The notes under the pieces are model-generated. The model was given only the letters and a program-made list of their open reading frames with translations, was not told the origin of the DNA and made no database searches. From NCBI GenBank assembly GCA_965216565.1, contig OZ244170.1, forward strand, positions 288,001-352,000: DNA of 64,000 nt, in the 5' to 3' direction. The DNA is from Bythopirellula sp. (GTDB lineage: Bacteria > Planctomycetota > Planctomycetia > Pirellulales > Lacipirellulaceae). The position numbers and the translations under genes are program-made. Shown one piece after another: positions 49,801 to 60,125 of the stretch. Each line of letters begins with the position of its first letter. Positions within the stretch are counted from its first letter, which is position 1.

Positions 49801-49955
49801 CGGACAGGCAAGATTTGCCCGTCGATACCACAAACATCTTGTGCAGTTAGGTTCCGCAGGCGCTTCTCATTGCTAGCGAAGCCAGTTAGAATCGGTGATA
49901 GTCTCGCACACCGCTTTTTCACTCCCCAATCTGGCCCTCATTCCGGAGCATTCAG

Positions 49956-50651
49956 ATGGCGACCCAAGCGCCCATGGCTTCACCGAAATCCGACTCTCAG
50001 GCGAAGGATAATTTTGTGTCTGGTGTAGTTCCCGTCGATCATCCGTTAGTCCAATACCACGTCACAAAGTTGCGCGATCAAGCGACAAAGCCGGCCGAAT
50101 TTCGAAATTCGGTACGCTGCTTGGCTGAGTTGATGGCCTACGAAGCGACGAAAGATTTGCCAATCGTCACCAAGAAGGTGCAAACTCCGCTTGCCGAAAC
50201 CGATGGTGCCAAGATCGACGGTCGTGTCGGCATCGTTCCTATTTTGCGAGCTGGACTTAGCATGGTCGATCCAGTGCTCGACCTTGTGCCTACCTCCGAA
50301 GTTTGGCATTTAGGTTTGTACCGCGACGAGGAAACTGCCCGCCCAGTTCGTTACTATGACAAACTGCCCGAGAAGCGCCCCGTAGATATCGCACTGATCG
50401 TCGATCCGATGCTAGCCACCGGTGGTTCAGTGACTGCGGCGTTGCAGTCGCTCCGCGAGTGGGGAGTGCCGCGTGTGAAGGTGCTCTCGCTAATTGCCTC
50501 GCAAGAAGGTGTCGACGTTGTCTCTTCTCAGTTCCCCGAGGCACAGATCTACGTCTGTCAGATCGATCCAGTCTTGAACGAGAACAAATTCATCGTGCCC
50601 GGTCTCGGCGATGCGGGTGACCGAATTTTCAACACGGTCGATCCGAGCTAG
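49956..50651 (+). CDS. upp: Uracil phosphoribosyltransferase
   Basis: VPILRAG, GLYRDEET, DPMLATGGS, IVPGLGDAGDR. Confidence 0.97.
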   Translation: MATQAPMASPKSDSQAKDNFVSGVVPVDHPLVQYHVTKLRDQATKPAEFRNSVRCLAELMAYEATKDLPIVTKKVQTPLAETDGAKIDGRVGIVPILRAGLSMVDPVLDLVPTSEVWHLGLYRDEETARPVRYYDKLPEKRPVDIALIVDPMLATGGSVTAALQSLREWGVPRVKVLSLIASQEGVDVVSSQFPEAQIYVCQIDPVLNENKFIVPGLGDAGDRIFNTVDPS

Positions 50652-50656
50652 GCAAC

Positions 50657-51964
50657 ATGGAACTCAACTTTCCCATCTTGTTAGCCGCAGCAGACGATGT
50701 CGCGGCTACCACCGAATCGATCCCACTCTCCGAACGTCTTGTTAGCGTTCTGGGTTTAATTGTGATTATCGGCCTGGCTTGGCTGATGAGTTCCAATAAG
50801 AAGCGTTTTCCTATGCGGATTGTGCTCTCTGGGCTTGCTCTGCAATTCGCTTTTGCGGTGATCATCCTCCGCACGAAGCCAGGGAAATGGATTTTTCAAG
50901 GCGTAAATACCGTTTTCGTCAGCTTGCTCGATTGCGTGCAAGCCGGTTCTGAGTTTGTCTTCGGAGAGAACTTCTACGAGCACTTTTTCGCTTTCAAAGT
51001 TTTGCCGACGATTATCTTTTTCTCGGCGCTGATGTCTGTATTTTACTATTACGGCGTCATTCAGAAGGTGGTTGGGGTATTTGCCACGGTCATGCAGAAA
51101 ACACTGGGCACTTCGGGGGCGGAGACGCTCTCTGCGGCGGCCAACGTGTTTGTAGGACAAACGGAGGCCCCGCTCGTAATTCGCCCGTATATCAGCTCGA
51201 TGACCACGTCAGAGCTCAATGCCGTCATGGTCGGCGGATTTGCCACCATGGCCGGTGGCGTGCTGGGAGCGCTTTCTGAAATGGGCATTCCCGCGGGGCA
51301 CTTGCTCTCGGCCTCGGTGATCTCTGCACCAGGAGCGTTACTACTCGCAAAAGTCATGCAGCCAGAAACAGAGACTCCCAAAACAATGGGCACCGTCTCT
51401 ATCGATGTCGAAGAGAAAAGCACCAACGTGCTGGAAGCGATTGCCGTCGGCACCACCGGGGGAATGAAGCTGGCCCTCAACGTCGGTGCCATGCTCATAG
51501 TTTTCTTGGCGATGATTACGCTGGTGAATATGATCGTTGGCTGGGTGGGAGTTCAACTCAATCAAGTTGCCGATGATGGCACGAGCCTGTGGTCGTTGGA
51601 GGCCGCCTTGAGCTATCTGTTCTATCCCATGGCTTGGCTGATTGGCATTGAGTCGGGCGACTGCAAACGGGCCGGCGAATTGATGGGTCTCAAGATGGCC
51701 ACCAACGAATTCGTCGCCTACGGACGTCTTGCCGAATGGGGAACCGAGGACAGCACCGTTCAAATTAGCCAACGCACTCGAGACATCATGACTTATGCCC
51801 TGTGCGGTTTCGCCAACTTCAGCTCGATCGGTATCCAACTGGGCGGCATCGGCGGCATCGCTCCCGATCGTCAGGGCGACCTCGCTCGGTTAGGACTGCG
51901 GGCAATGCTGGGGGGAACTATGGCCGCATTTATGACTGCCTGCATTGCGGGCTTATTACTATAA
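50657..51964 (+). CDS. nupC: CNT family Na+/H+ nucleoside transporter
   Basis: VLPTIIFFSAL, NVFVGQTEAPL, NEFVAY, YALCGFANFSSIGI. Confidence 0.92.
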   Translation: MELNFPILLAAADDVAATTESIPLSERLVSVLGLIVIIGLAWLMSSNKKRFPMRIVLSGLALQFAFAVIILRTKPGKWIFQGVNTVFVSLLDCVQAGSEFVFGENFYEHFFAFKVLPTIIFFSALMSVFYYYGVIQKVVGVFATVMQKTLGTSGAETLSAAANVFVGQTEAPLVIRPYISSMTTSELNAVMVGGFATMAGGVLGALSEMGIPAGHLLSASVISAPGALLLAKVMQPETETPKTMGTVSIDVEEKSTNVLEAIAVGTTGGMKLALNVGAMLIVFLAMITLVNMIVGWVGVQLNQVADDGTSLWSLEAALSYLFYPMAWLIGIESGDCKRAGELMGLKMATNEFVAYGRLAEWGTEDSTVQISQRTRDIMTYALCGFANFSSIGIQLGGIGGIAPDRQGDLARLGLRAMLGGTMAAFMTACIAGLLL

Positions 51965-52024
51965 TTCAATTGACTAAGCTCGATTGATTTGCATTCACAT
52001 TCCTGGGAAAGGATCATATTCCAG

Positions 52025-52579
52025 ATGAAAATCTTGCTAGACAAAGAGGCTCTCCACGATGGCGTTTCTCGCATGGCACAAAATATCGAAACCGACTACG
52101 AGGGTCGCCACCTGACCATCGTCGGCGTACTCACCGGTAGTGTCGTCTTGCTAGCCGACTTGATCCGCCTCATCGATCAGCCAATGCGAGTGGGAGTGAT
52201 TCAGGCCAGCAGCTATCGGGGCGCAACTACCGAACGTGGCGAACTTATCATCAATTCCGAGCTGATGCTCGACATCAAGGGCCGCGATGTGCTACTGGTC
52301 GACGATATTTTCGATACCGGCCATACGCTTTCTCAGGTAGTAGAGAAGCTACAAGAGTTTGAGCCTTCGTCCGTTCGCTCGGCGGTTTTGCTTCGCAAAG
52401 AAGGTCGCCAGGAAGTCGAGTACGAACCCGACTTTGCGGCATTCCATATTCCAGATGAGTTTGTTGTCGGCTATGGCCTCGATTACGAAGACATGTACCG
52501 CAATCTGCCTTATCTGGGGTCGTTGGAAGACGAGGACCTCAAACGCCACGCCGCCGAGCACGCCACAGCCCAACAGTAG
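52025..52579 (+). CDS. hpt: Hypoxanthine phosphoribosyltransferase
   Basis: VLLVDDIFDTGHTL, FVVGYGLDY, YRNLPY. Confidence 0.95.
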   Translation: MKILLDKEALHDGVSRMAQNIETDYEGRHLTIVGVLTGSVVLLADLIRLIDQPMRVGVIQASSYRGATTERGELIINSELMLDIKGRDVLLVDDIFDTGHTLSQVVEKLQEFEPSSVRSAVLLRKEGRQEVEYEPDFAAFHIPDEFVVGYGLDYEDMYRNLPYLGSLEDEDLKRHAAEHATAQQ

Positions 52580-52729
52580 CTGAACGTGGGCTCTTGGCTT
52601 CCAGGGCAGAGGCTAGGAGTCTCCGCAGGCGGAACGCCGGGACTAAGGGGAAGTTGTTAGCCATTGAGTTAGGCTCTGAAACGAGGCCGTGTCAGTCCCG
52701 ACATCGGGGTGCCATGAGGAACACAGCAC

Positions 52730-52980
52730 CAACCTAATGGGGGCGGGATTGACCTCAGCCCCAATGGAGCCGGCATTCACCTCAGCTCTGATGAAGACGG
52801 CAATCACCTCAGCCCAGATAGGGGCGTCATTTACCCCATCTCTGATCGGAGCGGTATTCACCTCAGCCCCGATGGAGGTGACATTCACCTGAGCCCCGAT
52901 AGGGGCGGCATTCAATAGCCCAGGGCGCAAGCCCTGGGTCTAGAATCTCGATAGTAAAAAAGCCCTGAAGGGGCGACACA
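52730..52980. repeat. 27-bp degenerate tandem array (about 7 units) running into a REP-like triple-hairpin element
   Basis: Units start at 52730, 52757, 52784, 52811, 52838, 52865 and 52892 (consensus near AGCCCCGATGGGGGCGGCATTCACCTC); the last continues TAGCCCAGGGCGCAAGCCCTGGG...AGCCCTGAAGGGGCGACA. Confidence 0.85.
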
Positions 52981-52994
52981 CTCTCCCTCTCCGA

Positions 52995-54854
52995 TCACGC
53001 GCGGCGACGCCCCCAAACACACAAGCCCACAAGCATCAGCAACGCTGATGCGGGTTCGGGTACCGTGGCAACTGCGGCCACCAGCGGAGCACTCTGCCCT
53101 CGCTGCTCCTGCCACATAAGAAAATCCATGCCATCGGTAACTCCATCGCCATTGGCATCCGATTCATCGTTCAGGCCGTAGTCGCCTTCCCATTGGGCAA
53201 GGTCGAGGTGGTCAACGAACGTGTCTTCGTTAAAGTCAGCCTCCAAAAAGTTGGGAGCTTCCACGACTCCAAACAATTGTAGTGATAGGGCGACAATCGA
53301 ATTCGCGCCGGAGAGGTCTTCGTCCGAGAATTGCAACACATAAGTGGCCGCGTAATTACCTGCAACTGAGGCATCGAACATGGCGTTGTAATCGTTGTTC
53401 AATCCAGGGGAAAGCGCAGATCCGCCGGTGAATGTGGTCAGGTCGGTGGTGAGAACGCCGCTATCGCCAAAGGGTATGATTGCATCGAGTTCTAAATCCG
53501 CAGTGAATCCCGCGGTCGATTCGAGGTTGAAAACATCGAAATCAATCGTAGGCACAGTACTGCCGAGAGTGACGGTGCCAAAATCGACCATTAGCGAAGC
53601 GCTGCTGGTCGTGCTGGTCCAGGAAGGGGTGGCGTGATCGAGCACTTCGAAATTGAGATTGATCGTGTCGTTGCCATCATTGGCCCCGCGGCCCGTGCCG
53701 CCGGATGTGGTCACGTCCAGGTTATCAATTACTACGCTCCCTGACTGCGCGCCTGCGGATGCCGTCGAAACGTTATCCAGCCCAACCGTGAGGCTACGGC
53801 TGTCTGTGCCGGAACCGTTGATAGCAAACGCGTTGTAGCGTCCTGTGACCGACGAAGTGGCGTCGCCCGAAGCGGTGATTTCGTAGTAAGTGCCATCGTT
53901 GCCATTCTTGTTGAGCGTTACATTCTGAGTGCCAGAAGGAGCGCTTCCTCCGACTATGACCGACCCAAAATCTAGGTCCAATGTCGAACTTCCATCGGAC
54001 GCCGGCGAGCCACCCACATAGAGCTGGCTGTCATTTTGCTGATCTTTAAAAACAGACCAAACGAATTCGGGACGATCGACATAGGGAATGCGATTGCCTT
54101 GGTAGTTGTCGTAAATGATGTCATTGCGACGAAGTTCAAAATCGTCGGGCACAGCTTCGTAGTGCCATTCAACAAGTCGATCGAGATTGCCGAGAAAACG
54201 ATCGTTGGTGGAAGGATTCCCGGAGACCAACTCCAAGTCTTCCGTGGAAGAGTCAGACCCATCGTAACGTGTGGCGACATAGAACTGTTGCCTCGCGATC
54301 ATGCCCGCATCTGCGTCACCTGGGTACCAATAGTCGTTGCCGGATTCACTTATCTCTCCGAACGACTGGCCAAACGCACCACCAAAGTTGAGATTGCCCC
54401 GATTACTATTCACTTGGGGATCGGAGGGTCGCAGTTGATGCAGGTCGCTGTTGTCGTCACCTGAGGAACCGATACCTCGGCTCCTGGGCCAGGTGTGCTC
54501 GCGGTTCCAAGAGCTACCGCTATCCCAGCCAGGGATACTTCCACCCGGGTTGATGGCAGAGACATCCAAGGAAACTCGATCGTATACCAACAACATCCGA
54601 TCGGAGTCGCTGGGATCTTCGTCTGTCACTTGCAGGATCGATCGAGCAGCATTGTACGAGAAAAACGTATGGTTATCGATGATGTTATGCAGTTGGCTCT
54701 TTAGCGTTGAGCCCGTCCCGGTCGCCGAATTGTAGTAGTTGGCGGGCGGGTCGTAGGGACCAGCTAGGGCATGGCTAGAAAGCAGCACTATGCTACTCAA
54801 GACCCCGAATCCTAAGGTTCGAATGCTAAGCGAGTGTCGCCTGTATTTTGTCAT
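52995..54854 (-). CDS. Endonuclease I (Bsn-like, His-Me) family nuclease with dockerin-like tail and PEP-CTERM
   Basis: Signal peptide, WNREHTWPRS, DLHQLRPSD..VNSNRGN, RRND.IY..YQGNR.P, VPEP + TM + RRRA. Confidence 0.9.
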   Translation of the reverse strand: MTKYRRHSLSIRTLGFGVLSSIVLLSSHALAGPYDPPANYYNSATGTGSTLKSQLHNIIDNHTFFSYNAARSILQVTDEDPSDSDRMLLVYDRVSLDVSAINPGGSIPGWDSGSSWNREHTWPRSRGIGSSGDDNSDLHQLRPSDPQVNSNRGNLNFGGAFGQSFGEISESGNDYWYPGDADAGMIARQQFYVATRYDGSDSSTEDLELVSGNPSTNDRFLGNLDRLVEWHYEAVPDDFELRRNDIIYDNYQGNRIPYVDRPEFVWSVFKDQQNDSQLYVGGSPASDGSSTLDLDFGSVIVGGSAPSGTQNVTLNKNGNDGTYYEITASGDATSSVTGRYNAFAINGSGTDSRSLTVGLDNVSTASAGAQSGSVVIDNLDVTTSGGTGRGANDGNDTINLNFEVLDHATPSWTSTTSSASLMVDFGTVTLGSTVPTIDFDVFNLESTAGFTADLELDAIIPFGDSGVLTTDLTTFTGGSALSPGLNNDYNAMFDASVAGNYAATYVLQFSDEDLSGANSIVALSLQLFGVVEAPNFLEADFNEDTFVDHLDLAQWEGDYGLNDESDANGDGVTDGMDFLMWQEQRGQSAPLVAAVATVPEPASALLMLVGLCVWGRRRA

Positions 54855-54881
54855 TTGTACCGATCCTACTTGAATGGGTGC

Positions 54882-57173
54882 TTACCGGAAGCGTAATGTG
54901 CGAGTACCTATCCATGGTAAGACACCCAGCACAAGAAGAATTGCATTTGGTTCTGGAACAGAGGCAACTGCCGACAATGGCGGTGGGAATTGGCCAAATT
55001 GTTCCTGCCAGACGAGAAAGTCGAGCCCGTTGGAAAGGCCGTCGCCATTGGCATCCGATTCGTCATTGATGCCGTAGTCGCCTTCCCACTGCGCCAGATC
55101 GAGGGCGTCGACGAACCCATCTTCGTTAAAATCTGCTTCGAGGAATGAACCGCCCGAGAAACCTTCGACGATGATATTATCAAAGGCATAGGACCTGGAG
55201 GTCGAACCACTGTCGTCGTCGGTGATCGCGTTAAACTCAAGAGTTAGCGTATTGCCAGTACCAACGAGGCTCGAAGTGAGGGTTTGGAATAGATTAGAAA
55301 GCTCAATCGTCTGGGCATCGGTGGTTGTCATTTCCAGAGGATCATCGAGCGTAAACTGGTCGCCATCCGCCAGGGTGTAAGTAGCGGAGCCGCTGCTATC
55401 TACCGAGGAAGTAAACAACGGCGATGAGGCCCCTCCATCGATGGAGTAGGTCCAGTCGAAGACGTCTGCCAGTGCATCGAAATCTCCCATGGCAGCCATG
55501 TCGATGGAGACTTCCAGACCGCTGGTGGCAGTAGAAATGTCAAATTCCCAAGTGGCGGTTCCGGTACCTGATGGATTTTGGGCATTGTTGATGTCGACCA
55601 CACCAAACCAGGCGTCCGTCTTCACGTTGCTATCAACGAGCCCGTGGGTATCAGCCGGAAAAGCAACCGCGGAATCATCGAGGAGTGCGAATGGAATTGT
55701 GCTGCTTACCCCAACTTGAAAGGTTTCAAAGCCGTCAGCAGGACTCGAAAACGTTCCAGCTGTTGGTGTTTGACTAAAGCTATTGCGATTGAGCGTCGAG
55801 TCGAAATCATCCTTGGCAATCACACCAAACACCGGGCCTCCACCGCTGCCCACCGTGAAGTTCACGGGAAGATTGAACACGGTATTCATCGCACTTTGGC
55901 TAGAGGTCGTGACTGTGATAGTGCCCGATTGTGCTCCGAGCGTGGAAGTATCGAGTCCGATTTGGTGCGTGTTGCCACCACCGAGGGCATTGTCGAATGA
56001 ACTCAATCCCCCCGATAACGCTCCAGATACGCTGATTGTGTAATCCAGCTCGTCCGCTCCGCTGGGGATTAGCGCGTTGGCAATGTTTTCCACCAACACA
56101 TCGACATTGACCGAAGCCCCCATCGGCACGCTTGAAGGAATACTACCGAGCGAGGCCATCATAATCGCAGGGACCTGGTAATCGGCAACAACCGGGAGGT
56201 GATCGCTGGCGGTGGTCAATGCGTTTAGCACCGTGGGCGAGGCCCCATTGCCAGAAGTGATGGGGCTGCCGCAGCAGGAATGCGAACCGTTATTCCCAAA
56301 CGCACGATATGAGTTGTTAATGTAGCTGAGGCCCTCGTTATCCAGCAGTTCTCCAGTGACTAGCTGGAAATCGAACCGATCGTCGACGCCACCAAGAACT
56401 TGTCCAGGAAATGCCGAAGATGTTGCTGGACTTTGGGTATGCGTAATGCGAAGGCTCGAGTTGTTATTCCAGGTGCCCGGTGTACTGATGGGATCAAATG
56501 CCTGACCGTTACCAGCGGCGAGAAGTGTTTGATAGCTGTTTTCAAAACTGGACTGGATGTTGTAGTCGCCCGCCAGGATTGCACTAGTTCCCTGCCCCAA
56601 CCCATCTAAGTCGGCGCGGAGGACGGTCGCTTCGTGATCGCGACGATTCTTATCCGAGGTCGACGTGCCGGATTTGTAGTGGTTGGAATAGACATAAAAA
56701 TCCGCGGACGAATCGTAGCCCACCGGACGCAGTTGATAACGCGACGTTTGCCGTGCTTGCTCCGTGCCGCTAACCGATCCGAAGGCCACACGCGAAATTA
56801 GCGACACCGTGTTCGTATTGTAAATCAACCCCGGACGGCCCGCACCCGCAGTGATTCCATTAAGAAGTGCGTAGTTGTAGGTGCCTGCGCCGTAGATGGC
56901 ATTCAAATCACTCACGATATTAAATGTCGTAGTGGACCAGCTCTCCTGCTCTTGAAGAGCAAGTACATCAATCGGTTTAGAAAAACCGTTGACGATTTCG
57001 TCACCGATGGCTTCAAGAACTGTGTCGAGTCCGGTGCGCGGGGTCGATGTACTCCCCGTGGCGGTGTTGTAGGAGACAACCCGCAGCTGCGCATAAACTC
57101 GACTCGAACTCGTTGCTAGGGTGAATAGCAGCAAGCAAAGTGCGAACGTCTTGCCTAATTGTCTTAGTGCCAT
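54882..57173 (-). CDS. Endonuclease/exonuclease/phosphatase (DNase I-like) protein with dockerin-like tail and PEP-CTERM
   Basis: Signal peptide, LRVVSYN, DVLALQE, NHYK, AGDYN, RFDF, ASDHLPV, VPEP + TM + basic tail. Confidence 0.9.
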   Translation of the reverse strand: MALRQLGKTFALCLLLFTLATSSSRVYAQLRVVSYNTATGSTSTPRTGLDTVLEAIGDEIVNGFSKPIDVLALQEQESWSTTTFNIVSDLNAIYGAGTYNYALLNGITAGAGRPGLIYNTNTVSLISRVAFGSVSGTEQARQTSRYQLRPVGYDSSADFYVYSNHYKSGTSTSDKNRRDHEATVLRADLDGLGQGTSAILAGDYNIQSSFENSYQTLLAAGNGQAFDPISTPGTWNNNSSLRITHTQSPATSSAFPGQVLGGVDDRFDFQLVTGELLDNEGLSYINNSYRAFGNNGSHSCCGSPITSGNGASPTVLNALTTASDHLPVVADYQVPAIMMASLGSIPSSVPMGASVNVDVLVENIANALIPSGADELDYTISVSGALSGGLSSFDNALGGGNTHQIGLDTSTLGAQSGTITVTTSSQSAMNTVFNLPVNFTVGSGGGPVFGVIAKDDFDSTLNRNSFSQTPTAGTFSSPADGFETFQVGVSSTIPFALLDDSAVAFPADTHGLVDSNVKTDAWFGVVDINNAQNPSGTGTATWEFDISTATSGLEVSIDMAAMGDFDALADVFDWTYSIDGGASSPLFTSSVDSSGSATYTLADGDQFTLDDPLEMTTTDAQTIELSNLFQTLTSSLVGTGNTLTLEFNAITDDDSGSTSRSYAFDNIIVEGFSGGSFLEADFNEDGFVDALDLAQWEGDYGINDESDANGDGLSNGLDFLVWQEQFGQFPPPLSAVASVPEPNAILLVLGVLPWIGTRTLRFR

Positions 57174-57251
57174 TATTTGTGTTCCGTAACGTTTACCTGG
57201 AGTAAGGCAAAAGCCCGCAATCCTTCATTAGACTTTGAAGCCGAAAGTCGC

Positions 57252-59090
57252 TCAACCAATTCGGAGGCTTCTGCGGCAATCCACTACAGGAGTAGGGGAG
57301 AAAACTCGTTTTCGTGAGAAATTTAAGCAGACGCCCAAGACGCCGATCAAAGTGAAAAGTGTTGGCTCTGGTACTGACGACAAGTTCGGAGCGGAAAGCG
57401 TTGTTCCGTAGGCAGCCTCCCACGCCGGCAGAGTGGTATTTCCATCCCCGATTTGCCAAGCAAGGAAGTCCAAACCATCCACAAGGCCATCGCCGTTAAT
57501 GTCAGGTGTCATCGCGGGGATCGAGGCTACCGCAGGGTATTGCGACTCCCACACTGCCAAATCTGAGCTATTCACCGCGGCATCGCTATTCGTGTCCCCG
57601 GTGGCATTCGTCGAGCCAATTCCGAAGCCCTGCTGCCAGATGAGAAAATCGAGCCCTGTCACGAGTCCGTCGCCATCAAAGTCGGCATCGTTCGCAATAG
57701 AGCTAGGATCGATGATGCCCGGGCTTCCAACGTCGCCTCCAGCGTGGATCTCTACGCCTCCCGTTACGGCAGTGGCGGAAAAGGAATTTGGGTCGGTTGG
57801 CAGATTCGGATCACTCACTTCCCAATTGAACTCGTCGGTAGGATCTAGGCCAAGATTCGTCAGGTAGATCGACTCGCGACCAAACGGGGAAGTTGGCCAT
57901 TGTGAATTGTATTGAAGGGTGAACTCCGTGTTGGCAAACACCCTGGCAGAGTTGGGATCGCTGTCTGTCGTGTAGTCGTTGAAATCGCTCCAAATCCCCA
58001 ATCTCTCCGCGGATGGGTTGGGAATGTTATCCAGGCTTGGGAAATTCACTACGGGTATGAAATTGATCGCGTTCGGATCACCACCGCCCCAGGCGTTGAT
58101 CATGTCTTGCTGGGTAATGGCGTCTGCATTGAATAATACAGCAACTTGGCCGGTTTTGAGCTCACCCGAAGTAATATTTGCCGCTGGTAGGTTGTCTCCT
58201 TCGCCGTCGTCGAAAACAAAGTTAGTGCTACTAAAATCAATGTCAGCGCCGCTGTTAAGAATTTCAACCCATTCCCAATCGGGCTCCGTCGAGGCAGGGT
58301 CGATCATCAATTCGGTAATGATCAAGTCGTCGATTGGCGACCCTTCCGGTAGTCGCCCGGGATTGGCAAAGTCATTTGGGTTATTCACTGATCCTGAACC
58401 AAATGATGCCGCGACGCTAGTTTGTGCCCCGAAGATGTCTGGGAGGCTTGCCGTCCAATTCACACCGTTGTGATAGGTACCGGTTCCATTCCAATAGATC
58501 GAGGAACCCACAGGCGTGGGGAAGTTGGAACGAAAATCAAGCCCTGCCAAACTGTTGTCAAAGCTGCCGACGACCGACTGCCCCGGACCCGACAGATCGG
58601 CTTCATAGTTGATAAAGTCAGACCAAATTCCTATCGATGATCCAGCATTCTCCAGAGTAGGAAAGTTGTTCACTGCGATTAGATTAAGACCGTTCGGGTC
58701 GCCCGCACCCCACGCATCGCGGAATACTTGATCGCCCGCCGCAAGATTCGGAATCCCTGGTGTCTGACCGTTGTACAAAATGGCCGTTCCACCTGCGGGT
58801 ATTTTGGTATTGTTGGCTTGGCCCGCATCGATGTTCGGCGGCGTGCCGTTCAATAGTCGAAAGTCATCGAGACTATCCAAATAAGCCCCATCAAGATCGA
58901 CCATGGCGTTGGGATCAAGATTTCGCACCTCGATCCATTCCCAGGCAGTCTCATCCAACGGATCAAACATCACCTCGGTGATTTGCAATTGGGCGAATGC
59001 CAATTGGTTGCCTGCGGATAAGATCAAGCAGGCAAGCATCAACGCCAAAGCTTTGCTGTAGCGCCACCCGGGCTCTCGGTCGCTGATCAT
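57252..59090 (-). CDS. PEP-CTERM protein with two lamin-tail-like domains and dockerin-like tail
   Basis: ITEVMFDP...WEWIEVRN and ITELMIDP...WEWVEILN; ADFDGDG; VPEP. Confidence 0.85.
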   Translation of the reverse strand: MISDREPGWRYSKALALMLACLILSAGNQLAFAQLQITEVMFDPLDETAWEWIEVRNLDPNAMVDLDGAYLDSLDDFRLLNGTPPNIDAGQANNTKIPAGGTAILYNGQTPGIPNLAAGDQVFRDAWGAGDPNGLNLIAVNNFPTLENAGSSIGIWSDFINYEADLSGPGQSVVGSFDNSLAGLDFRSNFPTPVGSSIYWNGTGTYHNGVNWTASLPDIFGAQTSVAASFGSGSVNNPNDFANPGRLPEGSPIDDLIITELMIDPASTEPDWEWVEILNSGADIDFSSTNFVFDDGEGDNLPAANITSGELKTGQVAVLFNADAITQQDMINAWGGGDPNAINFIPVVNFPSLDNIPNPSAERLGIWSDFNDYTTDSDPNSARVFANTEFTLQYNSQWPTSPFGRESIYLTNLGLDPTDEFNWEVSDPNLPTDPNSFSATAVTGGVEIHAGGDVGSPGIIDPSSIANDADFDGDGLVTGLDFLIWQQGFGIGSTNATGDTNSDAAVNSSDLAVWESQYPAVASIPAMTPDINGDGLVDGLDFLAWQIGDGNTTLPAWEAAYGTTLSAPNLSSVPEPTLFTLIGVLGVCLNFSRKRVFSPTPVVDCRRSLRIG

Positions 59091-59195
59091 CTAGATTAGA
59101 CTCTCCCTCTCAGTCCGTCACATCAGCGGCCAGCCCCCTTATCGGTCGCTATCTATATTCTACTCAGTAGCTGCAAATGGGACAAACCAGCGCAT

Positions 59196-59231
59196 AAAAA
59201 ACGGTCGGTCACCAAATGGGCGACCGACCGT
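59196..59231 (-). terminator. Rho-independent terminator after the small PEP-CTERM gene
   Basis: Minus strand ACGGTCGGTC...GACCGACCG followed by T6. Confidence 0.85.
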
Positions 59232-59275
59232 CTATAAAACGCTATATCTGAGGATCTACCTCAGTCTCACATCGT

Positions 59276-60010
59276 CTAGCTGCGACGTCGGCTAGCACCA
59301 ATACCAGCCAACCCGAACAGCATCAGAGCCAAAGTCGCTGGCTCTGGAACGTGGGAGACAACCAAGTTGTCAACGAAAATCGTCTCGTCGGACGATGAAT
59401 TCGATTGACGTAGGTTGAACGAGTCGAGAGTCTCGCCAAGTAGAACTGTTGTGCTTACGACCGTGTTACCACCAGCGGTAACAGATGCCAAGCCGGTGCT
59501 GAAGTCCCAAGAAAGCTCGACGGGAACAGTAGCTCCGAAAGCAAAGTCAACTGGCAAGGCAACCTCGTTGGTACTGCTTGAAGACGCCAAACCAAGAGTA
59601 TAGTCACCACCTGCAGTTGGTGCGACTACATCGAGTCGTCCGCGGAAATTAAAGCTTGTGTCGTTCGAGAAATGAGCAAAGTACTCAAAGTCGGTTCCTG
59701 TGATACCTACGTTTGGATCATCAACCTCAACGCGGATATCAAAAGTGGCAGAATACACACCGGAACTGAATTCTGGACCAGCTACAAGTTCGGCGTCTTC
59801 CGAACCGGAATCTTGAGAAACTACCGCTTCTCCACTGGCAACCAGGAGTGTACCAGCGGTACCGCTTTGGTTTGCCCAACCACCATTGGGCACAAGGGCA
59901 CCATCAGGATAACTGAAATCTTCGGAAGCCAAGACAGCGGCAGAAGCCGATGACCCAACCACCATCAACAAGCCGCATACTGCGGCCATCAGGCCAAACT
60001 TAACAGACAT
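59276..60010 (-). CDS. Small PEP-CTERM protein (single beta-rich domain)
   Basis: Signal peptide (ASA/AV), VDNLVV..VPEPATLALMLFGLAGIGASRRRS; RBS AAGGGGA. Confidence 0.9.
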   Translation of the reverse strand: MSVKFGLMAAVCGLLMVVGSSASAAVLASEDFSYPDGALVPNGGWANQSGTAGTLLVASGEAVVSQDSGSEDAELVAGPEFSSGVYSATFDIRVEVDDPNVGITGTDFEYFAHFSNDTSFNFRGRLDVVAPTAGGDYTLGLASSSSTNEVALPVDFAFGATVPVELSWDFSTGLASVTAGGNTVVSTTVLLGETLDSFNLRQSNSSSDETIFVDNLVVSHVPEPATLALMLFGLAGIGASRRRS

Positions 60011-60125
60011 TAGCGTTTCCCCTTTCAAAAGGTGCAAAAACTCCTGAGCGATCCTCGTTGATACGCTCAATGAAATAAAAAAGTAAAACGAACGAAAAGC
60101 GTGGGTTCCTAATTCTTATTGCAAG

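Noticed and set aside
52730..52918. CRISPR array
   Set aside because: The units are contiguous, degenerate 27-mers with no unique spacers, and no cas genes are present.
52643..52930. 9-aa-repeat ORF on the minus strand (and its plus-strand counterpart)
   Set aside because: A by-product of the 27-bp array; no independent coding evidence.
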